Shown one piece after another: positions 18,188 to 27,787 of a stretch of 64,000 nt of DNA. Within the stretch, counting starts at the first letter, position 1, and every line of letters begins with the position of its first letter. Under the pieces are notes generated by a model. That model was not told where the DNA came from. It worked only from the letters and a program-made list of their open reading frames with translations, and did no database searches. Source of the DNA: Desulfuromonas sp. (lineage in GTDB: Bacteria > Desulfobacterota > Desulfuromonadia > Desulfuromonadales > BM501); the NCBI RefSeq assembly GCF_002868845.1, contig NZ_PKUB01000044.1, forward strand, positions 32,041 to 96,040. Reading direction: 5' to 3'. A program made the translations under genes and the position numbers.

Positions 18188-18826
18188 ATGACTATTCCGG
18201 AGCGATTGTTCAACACGCCGGAAACCGCAGTCCTATTTATCAAGCCAATTTTATATTCAATTTGGAGGCAGATCATGGAAGATATATTGAATTCGGCAAC
18301 CCCCCTGATATCGGCACTTCGCAATTCAGTAGCCGTCGACCAGAATTGGCCCGCCTTTCGAAAGCTCATCGAAAACAATCTTGAAGATATCGTCAGTACT
18401 TTTTCCATCCGCTGGCTGGTGTCCGTCTGCGACACATATGCAGATTATGGCTCTGGGGAACAAAAACGAAATGCGCTTTTGATTTCAATGTTTGTAAACA
18501 TGCTCCGCATGGCCGATACCGCTTTTTTCGTATCTTCTGGCATTGACGAAGAAAACCTGGAAAAGACCAACGATCGGCTCGTCATGCAATACGATGGTGT
18601 CGCCACCTTTGCAATCAACCGGCAGGACGTCTTCCTCAACCTGTCAAAGCGCACTATGAGAGCGACCAAGAATGATCCGGTGTTCGGAAAAATATGGAAA
18701 GAAATTATTAGTCGCATCCACAATTACGACAACGCCATCACCAAATTCAAGTCGATGTCAAAGGTGCCGCACCGGTACTTTCCGCTTAACGCCACAGAAA
18801 TGCCTGACAACTATGGTGTTGTTTGA
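18188..18826 (+). CDS. Hypothetical protein, predicted mostly helical, with no recognisable motif
   Basis: 212-aa ORF co-oriented inside the island. An alternative start MEDILNS exists at 18275. Confidence 0.5.
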   Translation: MTIPERLFNTPETAVLFIKPILYSIWRQIMEDILNSATPLISALRNSVAVDQNWPAFRKLIENNLEDIVSTFSIRWLVSVCDTYADYGSGEQKRNALLISMFVNMLRMADTAFFVSSGIDEENLEKTNDRLVMQYDGVATFAINRQDVFLNLSKRTMRATKNDPVFGKIWKEIISRIHNYDNAITKFKSMSKVPHRYFPLNATEMPDNYGVV

Positions 18827-18953
18827 GGGTGACCATCTGATGCTCCGTAACTTTCAAGCCTCTTTTTTATAAATTCACATTGAATTTTTGATTTTAATTT
18901 GAATAGACATTGACTTGCTGAACACAGTAAAGGCTTTTACCTAACAACTGGAG

Positions 18954-19544
18954 TTGATCTTGCCGGCACTATTAATAAACAAACCACGGTGCGTTTTCTG
19001 TCGCATAATGAAAACAGGGTCTACCTCAATTTTCAGAGGCCTTCTTGGAGGGCAGAAAAACGTAATAGGAAGAAGCTTTGGTGATTTCCCAAGAGAGTGG
19101 GAAAGTCTACCCAGTTTTGCGATAGTAAGAAACCCCTTCGACAGGTTCCTCTCAGCCTGGCATATGTTTAAGACCTACGATGTTAGGACACCAAAAGAGG
19201 AAACATTTAGGGCCAATCTCACCGTTAACGATATTCTAGAAGCAATCGCTGATCGGAGCATTCCCCTTAACGAGAATAACTACATATCCAAACTCCGCCT
19301 ACACTTCGCACCCATGACCCACCCAGTTCATTCCGTCTCCAAGGCAAAGCATATCGGTAGGTTTGAGTCATATGAAAAAGCCTTTAGAGACATAGAATCT
19401 TTGTTGGGGTTTGAAACTGGCCCCGTCCATCACAAAAGAAAAACCACCCCTAGAAATTACCGAGAAGTCATCGACCCTGAGTTGAGGGCGAAGATTGAGG
19501 CCGTATATGCAGAGGACCTAGAAACTTTTGGCTACTCTTGGTAG
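18954..19544 (+). CDS. Sulfotransferase family protein (ST3)
   Basis: CVFCRIMKTGSTSIFRGL, and AIVRNPFDRFLSAWHMF. The gene has a TTG start. Confidence 0.75.
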   Translation: MILPALLINKPRCVFCRIMKTGSTSIFRGLLGGQKNVIGRSFGDFPREWESLPSFAIVRNPFDRFLSAWHMFKTYDVRTPKEETFRANLTVNDILEAIADRSIPLNENNYISKLRLHFAPMTHPVHSVSKAKHIGRFESYEKAFRDIESLLGFETGPVHHKRKTTPRNYREVIDPELRAKIEAVYAEDLETFGYSW

Positions 19545-19747
19545 CCGGGAACTCATAGTCAACAGATAATAAAAGGATCGTGCTCCCGTCATGGGAAGCT
19601 TACGAGCCCAATTGAGTTAGTCGGTTAACGGTTCCCCCTTCGGTGCCTTCTGGTGTAGGGAGGGACATCGCCAGGGGATTCCGTTGTCCCCTCTGGCAAC
19701 TCACCACATTAAAGACTGACCACGCCCCAAAAAAGTTCAATTGAAAG

Positions 19748-20335
19748 ATGTCTAACTTTTTACTGAAAGACATTAATAGCGTCTTTATACATATTCCCAA
19801 AACAGCGGGAACCTCCATTCGAAGCGGGTTTTTTAAAAACAATTATTCAGGCCCTGAGTTCGGTAGAATTCCAAAAGAATGGGAAGGGCTTTTCAAATTC
19901 GCTTTCGTCCGAAACCCGTTTGAGCGTCTCATCAGCGCATGGTTCATGTTTGTAAGTGGAACAAGTCAGCTAGACGCCACCGACTACCCCAAGTACAACT
20001 TGAAACAATTTCTTGAAATTGTTATGGATGAATCGATTATTTATGACGAAAGAAGAAAAACAGTGAAAGAAAGAATTAGACATCACACCATCCCTCTAAC
20101 ACATCCGTTCAATTGTCTTCATCTGGCAGACTTCGTTGGGCGCTACGAAAACCTGGATGAAGATTTTCGGCATATTTGCAAAGCGGTCTCCTACCCCTAC
20201 AAGCCGCTTCCCAAACGCCATTTTTCAGAGCACTTGCATTATTCAACCTACTACGACGATAAAACACGCAGCATGGCTGAGGACTTCTACTCTGAAGACC
20301 TTAGGCGTCTGGATTATAGCTTCGAAAGGCAATAA
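19748..20335 (+). CDS. Sulfotransferase family protein (ST4)
   Basis: SVFIHIPKTAGTSIRSGF, and AFVRNPFERLISAWFMF. Confidence 0.85.
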   Translation: MSNFLLKDINSVFIHIPKTAGTSIRSGFFKNNYSGPEFGRIPKEWEGLFKFAFVRNPFERLISAWFMFVSGTSQLDATDYPKYNLKQFLEIVMDESIIYDERRKTVKERIRHHTIPLTHPFNCLHLADFVGRYENLDEDFRHICKAVSYPYKPLPKRHFSEHLHYSTYYDDKTRSMAEDFYSEDLRRLDYSFERQ

Positions 20336-20607
20336 CCAATGTGGGGCACATTCGGAGCAGTTCAGAGACAAAGTTTATTCACTTGCAACTTGAATCTTGT
20401 GTGCATTGAAAAACATTAAAACTGATATTATACCCCCCGAACACCTAGGGGTTCTGGTTTCGATTCCCACCTCTCTCCATTTTCATTTGCAACTTCAATA
20501 TGTCATGGGTAGTTTGTATTGCATAGGCAATTCTGCTGTAAATTCAATTCTTTTTTTACTAGGCAAACAATCGCTAAAAGATAAACTAGAAAAAATAGGT
20601 ATGAAAT

Positions 20608-21657
20608 ATGAAAAATCCTTACGATAATTTACCAGAAAGATTTATTTGGAAATCTTCTGTTGCAAATAAAAGCATGTTTGACATATCTGAACTTTGGGAC
20701 CCTAAATTTCACATCAAGCAGAATCAACACATCGTGACTTTTGGCTCTTGTTTTGCTCAGCATATTGGTAACGCTATGAAACAAAGAGGCTTCAAGTGGC
20801 TAAGCACTGAAAACCCACCATATGGTTTGAGCGAAACGAATTGTAAAGCATTCAACTACAACATCTTTTCTGCAAGAACAGGAAACATCTACACCACTAC
20901 CCTTTTAAAGCAATGGACAGAGTGGGCCTTAGGCATAAAAGATGTACCTGATGAAATCTGGGAAAAAGAGGGGAGGTTTTTTGACCCATTTAGGCCAAGA
21001 ATTGAACCTAATGGATTTGCTTCCCAAGAAGAGGTAGGTAGCTCTCTTGATCAAACAATTTCCTCGTTCAGGGAGGCTATTAAAAAATCACACTATTTCG
21101 TTTTCACATTAGGACTAACTGAGAGTTGGGTGAACTCGGACCTGGGTTACGAATACCCTATGTGTCCTGGCACTGCGGCAGGTAAGTTTGATGACATAAG
21201 GCATAAATTCGTAAATCAGCAATTTAATCAGGTCATCTCTGCCTTAGGCAAGTCCATGGAGATGATGAGAGAGGTGAATTCTGATCTAAAATTTATCCTG
21301 ACAGTGTCTCCTGTTCCTTTGATGGCTACTAATTCGAATCAGCACGTACTTGTTGCGACGATGGCCTCAAAATCGATCTTAAGAGCGGTAACCAGCCAGT
21401 TAGTAGCTAACCGAGGCTATGTAGATTACTTCCCTGCATACGAGATCATCAATAGTCCTGTGTTCAAGGGGGCCTTCTTTGAGCCAAATCAACGAAGCGT
21501 GAATCCGTATGGTGTGAGTTTTGTTATGGATAACTTCTTTAAATGCCTTGTTGATAAGTTTGGTGACCTTCACAAGAAGACAAAACAGACGCCTCCCATA
21601 GTCAAAAAGTCGGATGAGGTTTGTGAGGAAGAGTTGTTGGAGGCTTTTTGTAAATGA
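20608..21657 (+). CDS. GSCFA-family protein (SGNH-like clan)
   Basis: The eponymous motif is present in VTFGSCFAQHIGN near the N-terminus. Length is 349 aa. Confidence 0.8.
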   Translation: MKNPYDNLPERFIWKSSVANKSMFDISELWDPKFHIKQNQHIVTFGSCFAQHIGNAMKQRGFKWLSTENPPYGLSETNCKAFNYNIFSARTGNIYTTTLLKQWTEWALGIKDVPDEIWEKEGRFFDPFRPRIEPNGFASQEEVGSSLDQTISSFREAIKKSHYFVFTLGLTESWVNSDLGYEYPMCPGTAAGKFDDIRHKFVNQQFNQVISALGKSMEMMREVNSDLKFILTVSPVPLMATNSNQHVLVATMASKSILRAVTSQLVANRGYVDYFPAYEIINSPVFKGAFFEPNQRSVNPYGVSFVMDNFFKCLVDKFGDLHKKTKQTPPIVKKSDEVCEEELLEAFCK

Positions 21658-22379
21658 AAGTGTGTATTATAGGAAATAGTCACACCGGAGCTTTAAAAAG
21701 AGCTTGGGATACGTTTTTTGATTCGAATTTCAAAAATATCTTTGATCTTACTTTTTTTGCTAGCAGAGCACAAAGGCTGGAGGGGTTAAAGATTGAGGGG
21801 ACTAAGCTGATTCCCCAAAACGAGTATTTAAAAGAAAATTTAAAGTTTACATCAGGCGGCAAACCATATGTCGACTTGAGTTTGTATGATGTTTTTCTTG
21901 TTTATGGTTTAAGTACTAGGCCATACTTCTTAAGTAAGGTCTTTTATTCCGAAGCTGTCCTTATAAAGTCTATTGAAGACAATCATACGAGTTCATTGTC
22001 GTTTAAAATATTAACCATGATTCGCGATGTTGTTGATACGAAAACATTTATAGGTCACGATCCGTTGCGAGTCAACAAAGATAGAGATGGTATTGAATTT
22101 GATAAGGTATTAACGGAGCAGTACAGCCTTGGCATCTCTCTGGTTAATGAGAGTCTGTTTTTTCCACTTGGAGCGGAGTTGCTAGAGCAGCCTCAGCAAA
22201 CAATTGTTGGAAAAGGGAGAAACACACATTCTATTTACTCGAAAGGCTCTAAACGTTTAGATGTTGGTGATGAAAAAGATGGTGAGCTTCACCCGGAGAG
22301 TGACAATAGGCATATGAACGACGAGTTCGGAAAAATATGGCTGGAATCGTTTCTGGGTAGGCTTAAATCTGAATTATAA
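21654..22379 (+). CDS. Hypothetical protein with an N-terminal IIGNSHTGA (SGNH block-I-like) motif
   Basis: The start overlaps the GSCFA stop in an ATGA overlap. Length is 241 aa. Confidence 0.55.
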   Translation: MKVCIIGNSHTGALKRAWDTFFDSNFKNIFDLTFFASRAQRLEGLKIEGTKLIPQNEYLKENLKFTSGGKPYVDLSLYDVFLVYGLSTRPYFLSKVFYSEAVLIKSIEDNHTSSLSFKILTMIRDVVDTKTFIGHDPLRVNKDRDGIEFDKVLTEQYSLGISLVNESLFFPLGAELLEQPQQTIVGKGRNTHSIYSKGSKRLDVGDEKDGELHPESDNRHMNDEFGKIWLESFLGRLKSEL

Positions 22380-22523
22380 TCACCCGCGGGTGGCGGGGGT
22401 CTTGCCTTACCACTCAGCGCATAGATTTCAATATCTCAGCATCTTTCAATTAAGCCTCGGGGAGGTTCGCCAAAAAGCCCGGGTAAGACCCTCTCTATTT
22501 CGCCTTAACGACACCCCCCAGCC

Positions 22524-24788
22524 CTAGTCGACGCACTCCCCCGCCACAGCAGCCTGTCCGAGGGCCAACCCGCCGTCGTTGGGCGGGACAAGGGAATGAG
22601 TGAAGACCCTGAACCCCTCATTCTCCAAAAGGGGCACGACCTTTTCCGTCAGGACGCAGTTCTGGAACACCCCCCCGGAGAGTGCGACACAGTCGAGGCC
22701 CGTCCCCTCCCGAATCCGCAGGCAGACCTCCCGGACCATCAATGCAAGGGTGTTGTGAAACCTGGCGCTCATCGTCCCGACCCCTACACCGTCCCGAACG
22801 TCGGCGACCACGGCCCGGACAAGCGAGCCCGGGTCCAAGATCAGCGACTCTCCCTTCACTTCGATCTCGAAGGGATACGACGCTCTCTCCCCCTCCCCCT
22901 CGATCGCCATCTCCAGTTCGAGTGCGGCCTGCCCCTCGTAGCTGACCTTGTCGCGCAGCCCGACCAGAGCGGCGACGGCGTCGAAAAGCCGGCCGCAGCT
23001 GGATGTCAGCGGCGAGTTGACCCCCCTGGCGATCATCTGCCGGTAGAGCGCCAGGTCCCTCTCCGGAACCCTCTCGAGCAGGGGCAGATCTGGGAGGTCC
23101 TCCCCGAAGGCATGGATCAGGTAGCTGATCGCCATGCGGAGCGGCTCACGGGTGGCGGCGTCGCCGCCGGGCATGGGAACGTAGGCGAAATGACCTGCCC
23201 GCCGGTATCCGGAAAATCCCCCGACGAGAAACTCCCCCCCCCAGATGTGGCCGTCGGCGCCGTAGCCGAGACCGTCGAAAATCACCCCGATGGCCTCGCC
23301 GGCGACCCCGTTCTCGGCCAGGCAGCTGGCCAGGTGGGCGTGGTGGTGTTGGACCGCCACCCGGGGCATGTCCCCGAGGGCCGCGGCGTAGCGGGTCGAA
23401 TGATAGTCGGGGTGCAGGTAGTGAGCCACAACCTCGGGCTCTATTTCCAGAATTGAACGGAGGTGGTCGACGGTCTTTGCAAAGGAGCGATGAACCTCGG
23501 GGTTCTGCAAGTCGCCGACATGCTGGCTAAGGAAGGCCCGGTCCTCCCGGGAGAGGCAGACCGTGTTCTTCAACTCGGCCCCGAGGGCGAGGACCCGCCG
23601 CTGGGGCCGCGGCAGGGTCACGCCCCGCGGAACGTAGCCCCGCGCCCGCCGCAGCAGGAGGGGGCGGCCCGCCATGACCCGGGCGATGGAGTCGTCGGTG
23701 CGGATATGGATCTCCCGGTCGTGGGTCAGGTAGGCGTCGGCAATGCCGGAGAGCTTCTCGGCGGCATCGCCGTCCCGGAAGGCGATCGGCTCGTCGCTGC
23801 GGTTGCCACTCGTCATGACCAGGGCGGCGAAGCACTCCTCCAGCAGGAGGTGGTGCAGGGGGGTGTAGGGGAGCATCACGCCGAAGTAGCGGTTGCGCGG
23901 GGCGATCGCGGCGGAGAGGGGGTGCCCCTCCTTCTGCCGCAGCAGGACGATGGGGCGCTCGACGCCGGTCAGGAGAAGCAACTCCGTCTCGCCGGCCTCG
24001 GCGAGACGGGCGACCGCTCCAGCGTCCTTGGCCATGAGGGCGAAGGGCTTCTCGTCCCGCACCTTTCGTCGCCGAAGCTCGCGCACCGCCCCGTCGTTGC
24101 CGGCGTCGGCCGCCAGGTGGTAGCCCCCGAGCCCCTTGACCGCGACGATCTGTCCTGCCCGCAACAGTTCGGCCGCCGCCCGGAGGGGATCGCAGGTCTC
24201 CACGACCTTCCCCCTTCCGTCGTGCAGGGCCAGACGGGGGCCGCAATCGGGGCAAGCGACCGGCTGGGCGTGGAAACGCCGGGAACCAGGGTCCTCGTAC
24301 TCGGCGCGGCAGGCCGGACACATGGGGAAGGCGGCCATGGTCGTCTTGGGCCGGTCGTAGGGGATGCCGGTGACGATGGTGTAGCGAGGGCCACAGTTGG
24401 TGCAGTTGATGAAGGGGTAGCGAAAGCGCCGGTCGGCGGGATCGAAGAGTTCTTCCAGGCAGTCGGGGCAGACGTGGGTGTCCGGGGAGATCTGGGCGCC
24501 GCGCTCGCCCCCGCCGCTGCTCTGGCGGATGACGAACTCCTCCTCCCCGGCGGAAGGGATGTCGGTGGCATCAAAGCGGGTGACGACGGCAAGAGGGGGG
24601 AGGTCGGAATGCAGCGAATCGAGAAAGGCATTAATGGGACTCGCCTCCCCCTCGGCCTCGATGTGGACCCCCCGGGAGTCATTGAGCACCCACCCGGCAA
24701 GCCCGTGGGCCCGGGCGGTGCGGTAGACGAAGGGCCGGAACCCCACCCCCTGCACGACCCCCTCGATGACGATTCTTTTTCTCGGCAA
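22524..24788 (-). CDS. hypF: [NiFe]-hydrogenase maturation carbamoyltransferase HypF
   Basis: An acylphosphatase N-terminus (VQGVGFRPFVYR), two CxxC zinc-finger pairs, and YrdC-like plus Kae1-like domains. Length is 754 aa. Confidence 0.92.
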   Translation of the reverse strand: MPRKRIVIEGVVQGVGFRPFVYRTARAHGLAGWVLNDSRGVHIEAEGEASPINAFLDSLHSDLPPLAVVTRFDATDIPSAGEEEFVIRQSSGGGERGAQISPDTHVCPDCLEELFDPADRRFRYPFINCTNCGPRYTIVTGIPYDRPKTTMAAFPMCPACRAEYEDPGSRRFHAQPVACPDCGPRLALHDGRGKVVETCDPLRAAAELLRAGQIVAVKGLGGYHLAADAGNDGAVRELRRRKVRDEKPFALMAKDAGAVARLAEAGETELLLLTGVERPIVLLRQKEGHPLSAAIAPRNRYFGVMLPYTPLHHLLLEECFAALVMTSGNRSDEPIAFRDGDAAEKLSGIADAYLTHDREIHIRTDDSIARVMAGRPLLLRRARGYVPRGVTLPRPQRRVLALGAELKNTVCLSREDRAFLSQHVGDLQNPEVHRSFAKTVDHLRSILEIEPEVVAHYLHPDYHSTRYAAALGDMPRVAVQHHHAHLASCLAENGVAGEAIGVIFDGLGYGADGHIWGGEFLVGGFSGYRRAGHFAYVPMPGGDAATREPLRMAISYLIHAFGEDLPDLPLLERVPERDLALYRQMIARGVNSPLTSSCGRLFDAVAALVGLRDKVSYEGQAALELEMAIEGEGERASYPFEIEVKGESLILDPGSLVRAVVADVRDGVGVGTMSARFHNTLALMVREVCLRIREGTGLDCVALSGGVFQNCVLTEKVVPLLENEGFRVFTHSLVPPNDGGLALGQAAVAGECVD

Positions 24789-24826
24789 GGAATCCCCTTT
24801 GATGCGTTAGAGCTGAGGCCCCCTCC

Positions 24827-24856
24827 TTTGTAGCATTTTCACTCGGCCTGTGGCAA
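24827..24856 (-). promoter_or_regulatory. Candidate sigma70 promoter for hypF (TTGCCA-N18-TACAAA)
   Basis: Reverse complements of tggcaa (24851-24856) and tttgta (24827-24832), about 40 nt upstream of the ATG at 24788. Confidence 0.25.
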
Positions 24857-25040
24857 TCGCCTCTCTTCTCCGGACCCCGATCAGGACTTCCACCCCGGGC
24901 ATAAAATATCGCCGCGCCCTCATGTCGGAAGGCACGGCGATTTCAGATCAGTTCGATAACATCCCCCTGTGGACCAAGCCGCAGGGAGCCCTCTCGGTGA
25001 GAGGAGAGTCGCCACCTCAATCGTCGCCAAGGACAATTTA

Positions 25041-26408
25041 TTAGTAAGTCATCACCTCTTTGTTGTTTGAGTAAATTTTGCCTGAGATATAAAGGTCGCC
25101 GGTCGGGGTCAGCTTGAAATAAGCATTCCCGTTCGCTCCCATCCACACCGTGCCGTCAGCGTCGATCTGGAACTCGCGACTGGTGCCGGTTTTGCTGATC
25201 CTGAATTGATTGTACTTAGTGCGAAACACCCACCTATCCTGGCCGTTCTCTTCAAGGGAAAAAACTGGGTTGGAACCCTTGATGTGCAGTGAGGTGCTAG
25301 GGCTGCTCGTGCCGAGACCGACTTTCCCGGTACTGGCAATGTGCAAGCTGTCCTGGGGAGCGCCAGGCTGAATTCTGAAGACCAATTCCGAACCGTTGGT
25401 TGCATCACGGACGAAGAAGTTGGCCTCGTTCCCCGCCACGTCCCAAGTCTGGGGGGTGAAGCCGCTGCTGCCGTCCTGCTCGAGGCGCAGGGTCGGGGTG
25501 TTGCCTTGCACTACGTGCAGGTCGACGACGGGGTTCGCAGTCCCGAAGCCGATATCGCCGTCGGCTTCGACATAGAGAGCGTTGGTTCGCGCGCCGGCCT
25601 CGACGGTAAAGGGGGTGCGGCCGCCGTCGATGTCGTCGATGGAGAACTTGTTGGCCCCGCCGTTGCTGCTGTCGTTGGCGGTGATCTGCCAGTCCCTGGT
25701 GGGGAAGGAGGCGCTGTTGGAGGTGTCCTGGAACCTGATGCGCAGGTTGTTCTCCTTGAGCCGGATGGTGTCGAAGCCGAAGGATTCGCCGTTGACGCAG
25801 TCCTGGCCGATGCAGGCGGAGCCGTCGACGATCAGGTCGTCGAGGATCTGCTGGTCGAACTCGGGAGCCGTGCCGACGGGGGCGATGGTCGCCGTGGTGG
25901 CCTGGGCGAAGTCGGGCGAGGCGGCGGAGAGGGCCGGCTCGAGCTCGCTTGCGGTCACGACGGCGCCGCCGACGACCTGGAAGTAGCCGGTCTGGGCGAG
26001 CTCGGCGGGGATCAGCCCGGCCTCCTGCCAGCGGGCGATCAGGGCCTGGCTGGCGCCGCTGTCGCGTCCGGCCGCCAGCTGCTCGCGCTGGGCGTCGCTC
26101 AGGACCGGGTTGATGCGCACCTCGTAGGTGTACTGGCCGTCGGCCGCCATGCCGCCCTTCTGCCCGGTCAGGCTGAAGGAGGGGCTCTCCCCCTTGTCGA
26201 AGGAGCCGGTCTGCATCAGCCCCTGCGGCCCGGAAACGCTCAGGGTGCCGCCGGCGTGGGGCACCACGAGCTGCAGGGTGACGCCGAGGGACGAGAGATT
26301 CGCCTCGGCGATCTTCGCCTCGCCCTGCAGCGGAGCGCAGAGCAGGCAGGCCAGAAAGGCCAGGGGCAGGACAAGGTTCAACCCGCGCGTTCGTCTCGCC
26401 TTCAACAC
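25041..26408 (-). CDS. Secreted repeat protein, tail-fibre-like
   Basis: Signal peptide LVLPLAFLACLLCAPLQGEA. Repeated G(F/L)GTxxPxxxLH(V/I) motifs. GTG start with an AGGAGG Shine-Dalgarno. Confidence 0.65.
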   Translation of the reverse strand: MLKARRTRGLNLVLPLAFLACLLCAPLQGEAKIAEANLSSLGVTLQLVVPHAGGTLSVSGPQGLMQTGSFDKGESPSFSLTGQKGGMAADGQYTYEVRINPVLSDAQREQLAAGRDSGASQALIARWQEAGLIPAELAQTGYFQVVGGAVVTASELEPALSAASPDFAQATTATIAPVGTAPEFDQQILDDLIVDGSACIGQDCVNGESFGFDTIRLKENNLRIRFQDTSNSASFPTRDWQITANDSSNGGANKFSIDDIDGGRTPFTVEAGARTNALYVEADGDIGFGTANPVVDLHVVQGNTPTLRLEQDGSSGFTPQTWDVAGNEANFFVRDATNGSELVFRIQPGAPQDSLHIASTGKVGLGTSSPSTSLHIKGSNPVFSLEENGQDRWVFRTKYNQFRISKTGTSREFQIDADGTVWMGANGNAYFKLTPTGDLYISGKIYSNNKEVMTY

Positions 26409-26569
26409 GGCAACACCTCCTGAAAGTTCAAGTTTACGAAACCAAAGGGACTAATCCCATAACCTATAGATAGACAAGGCCCAGCCTACCATAGGGGGAT
26501 ATTTTTTCAAGGAAATAATGAGAGGTTGTGCAGGATCCTCCCCGCCCGCCGGCAAGCCGCGCAGGCGGG

Positions 26570-27718
26570 CTAAAGAGGACGCACCCCGGCCGGGGCGGCG
26601 GTGACCTCCACCTCGAACAGCAGCTCGGGGCGGCAGACGTCGCCGTTCATGGTGATTCGCGGCCAGGGCAGGTCCGCCCAGCGCTCGCGGAACACTTCCT
26701 CCACCTCCGGCGTCTTGCAGTAGGCCAGGGCAGTGAGGACCGAGCCGTCGTCGCAGCCGAACTGGGCCAGGAGCGAGCGGACGTGGGCGATGGTGCCGTC
26801 GATCTGGGCCTCGATGCGGCCGACGTGCTCGGTAGCGCCGGAGCGGTCGATGGCCGCGGTTCCCGAGATGAAGACGGTCGGGCCGCCGGGCATGGGGGCG
26901 ACGGCGGCCCGGCTGAAGGCCGAGCCGTATTCGAAGGCCGACTCCTGGCTGCCGCCGGCCTCGACAAGGCGAATCTCGCCCTCGCGGCCCGGCATGGCGA
27001 TCAGGTCGAGGGTGATGGCGGCGCCGCCCGCCCCGTACATGCCGATGCCGGTGCTGGCCGGCAGGCGGACGCTGCGCGCCTCCTCGTCGATCAGCCCCTC
27101 GCACCTGAAGAAGACGTTGCGCACCGCGTTCAGCTCGTCGTACCAGCCGCACAGGTCCTTGAGCCAGAGCCAGGTGCGGGCCACCGAGCGCATGTCGGCC
27201 CCGACCTGGCGGAGAAGGCTTGCGGCCCGGGAAAAGACCTGCCCGGCCTGCTCGGCTTCTTCGAGGTCCGGATCCGCGCTGAGCCCGGCGAGGTGGACCC
27301 AAGTATGGTCGCCCTGCCGGATGACGCGGCCCTCGGCCGGAGCGCCCCCGTCTCCCCTGCCCAGGGGGCGGGGCCGCAGGTCGGCTCGCACCGCGTGGAT
27401 CTGCACCCCGGCGAAGCCCCCGTAGCTGCCGGGGCCCACGGCGAGGGCGACCGGCGCCACGCCGTCGTCCGGCACGCCGGGCAGCCCGCGGCGATGGGCC
27501 AGGACGGCGTCCATCGCCTTGGCGGTGGCGAAGAACCGTTCGCAGAAGACGGCCATCCCCTGCTCGCGCAAATGTTCGAGGAGAGCCGCGTAGGTCTCCC
27601 GAAGCTGCGCATCCAGGGGCAGGCGGGGATCCGGGGTGGCGGTCAGGTAGAGTTCCGCGGTCCCGTCCGTAGCGTGCAGGGCGCGGGCTTGAACGTTTAA
27701 TGTGTCATGCCGGTCCAT
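26570..27718 (-). CDS. Tandem RidA/YjgF-like domain protein, possibly chorismatase (FkbO/Hyg5)-like
   Basis: RidA-like segments include VARTWLWLKDLCGWYDELNAVRNVFF, SAFSRAAV and FISGTAAID. The exact subfamily cannot be determined by eye. Confidence 0.55.
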   Translation of the reverse strand: MDRHDTLNVQARALHATDGTAELYLTATPDPRLPLDAQLRETYAALLEHLREQGMAVFCERFFATAKAMDAVLAHRRGLPGVPDDGVAPVALAVGPGSYGGFAGVQIHAVRADLRPRPLGRGDGGAPAEGRVIRQGDHTWVHLAGLSADPDLEEAEQAGQVFSRAASLLRQVGADMRSVARTWLWLKDLCGWYDELNAVRNVFFRCEGLIDEEARSVRLPASTGIGMYGAGGAAITLDLIAMPGREGEIRLVEAGGSQESAFEYGSAFSRAAVAPMPGGPTVFISGTAAIDRSGATEHVGRIEAQIDGTIAHVRSLLAQFGCDDGSVLTALAYCKTPEVEEVFRERWADLPWPRITMNGDVCRPELLFEVEVTAAPAGVRPL

Positions 27719-27787
27719 GGATCATTCCTTCAAGGGTGCCGTTCGGCCCGCCGGATCGGGGGGCCTTAGAATCGTGTTTCGTCGGTA

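Larger units (their letters stand above)
15580..22400. other. Low-GC accessory island (sulfotransferase cassette) between sixA and hypF
   Basis: Composition drops abruptly. Hand-counted 60-nt lines give about 37-47% G+C inside the island against about 65-75% in the flanks. Eight co-oriented genes lie here. No integrase was found. Confidence 0.65.

Noticed and set aside
20397-20627. A 76-aa track ORF in the island intergenic region
   Set aside because: It is AT-rich and spans the tRNA-like remnant and probable promoter DNA. It has no Shine-Dalgarno sequence and overlaps the GSCFA gene start.
22382-22393. The palindrome CACCCGCGGGTG just after the last island gene, considered as a terminator or att site
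   Set aside because: It has no loop and no following T-run, and no matching copy was found at the left island boundary.
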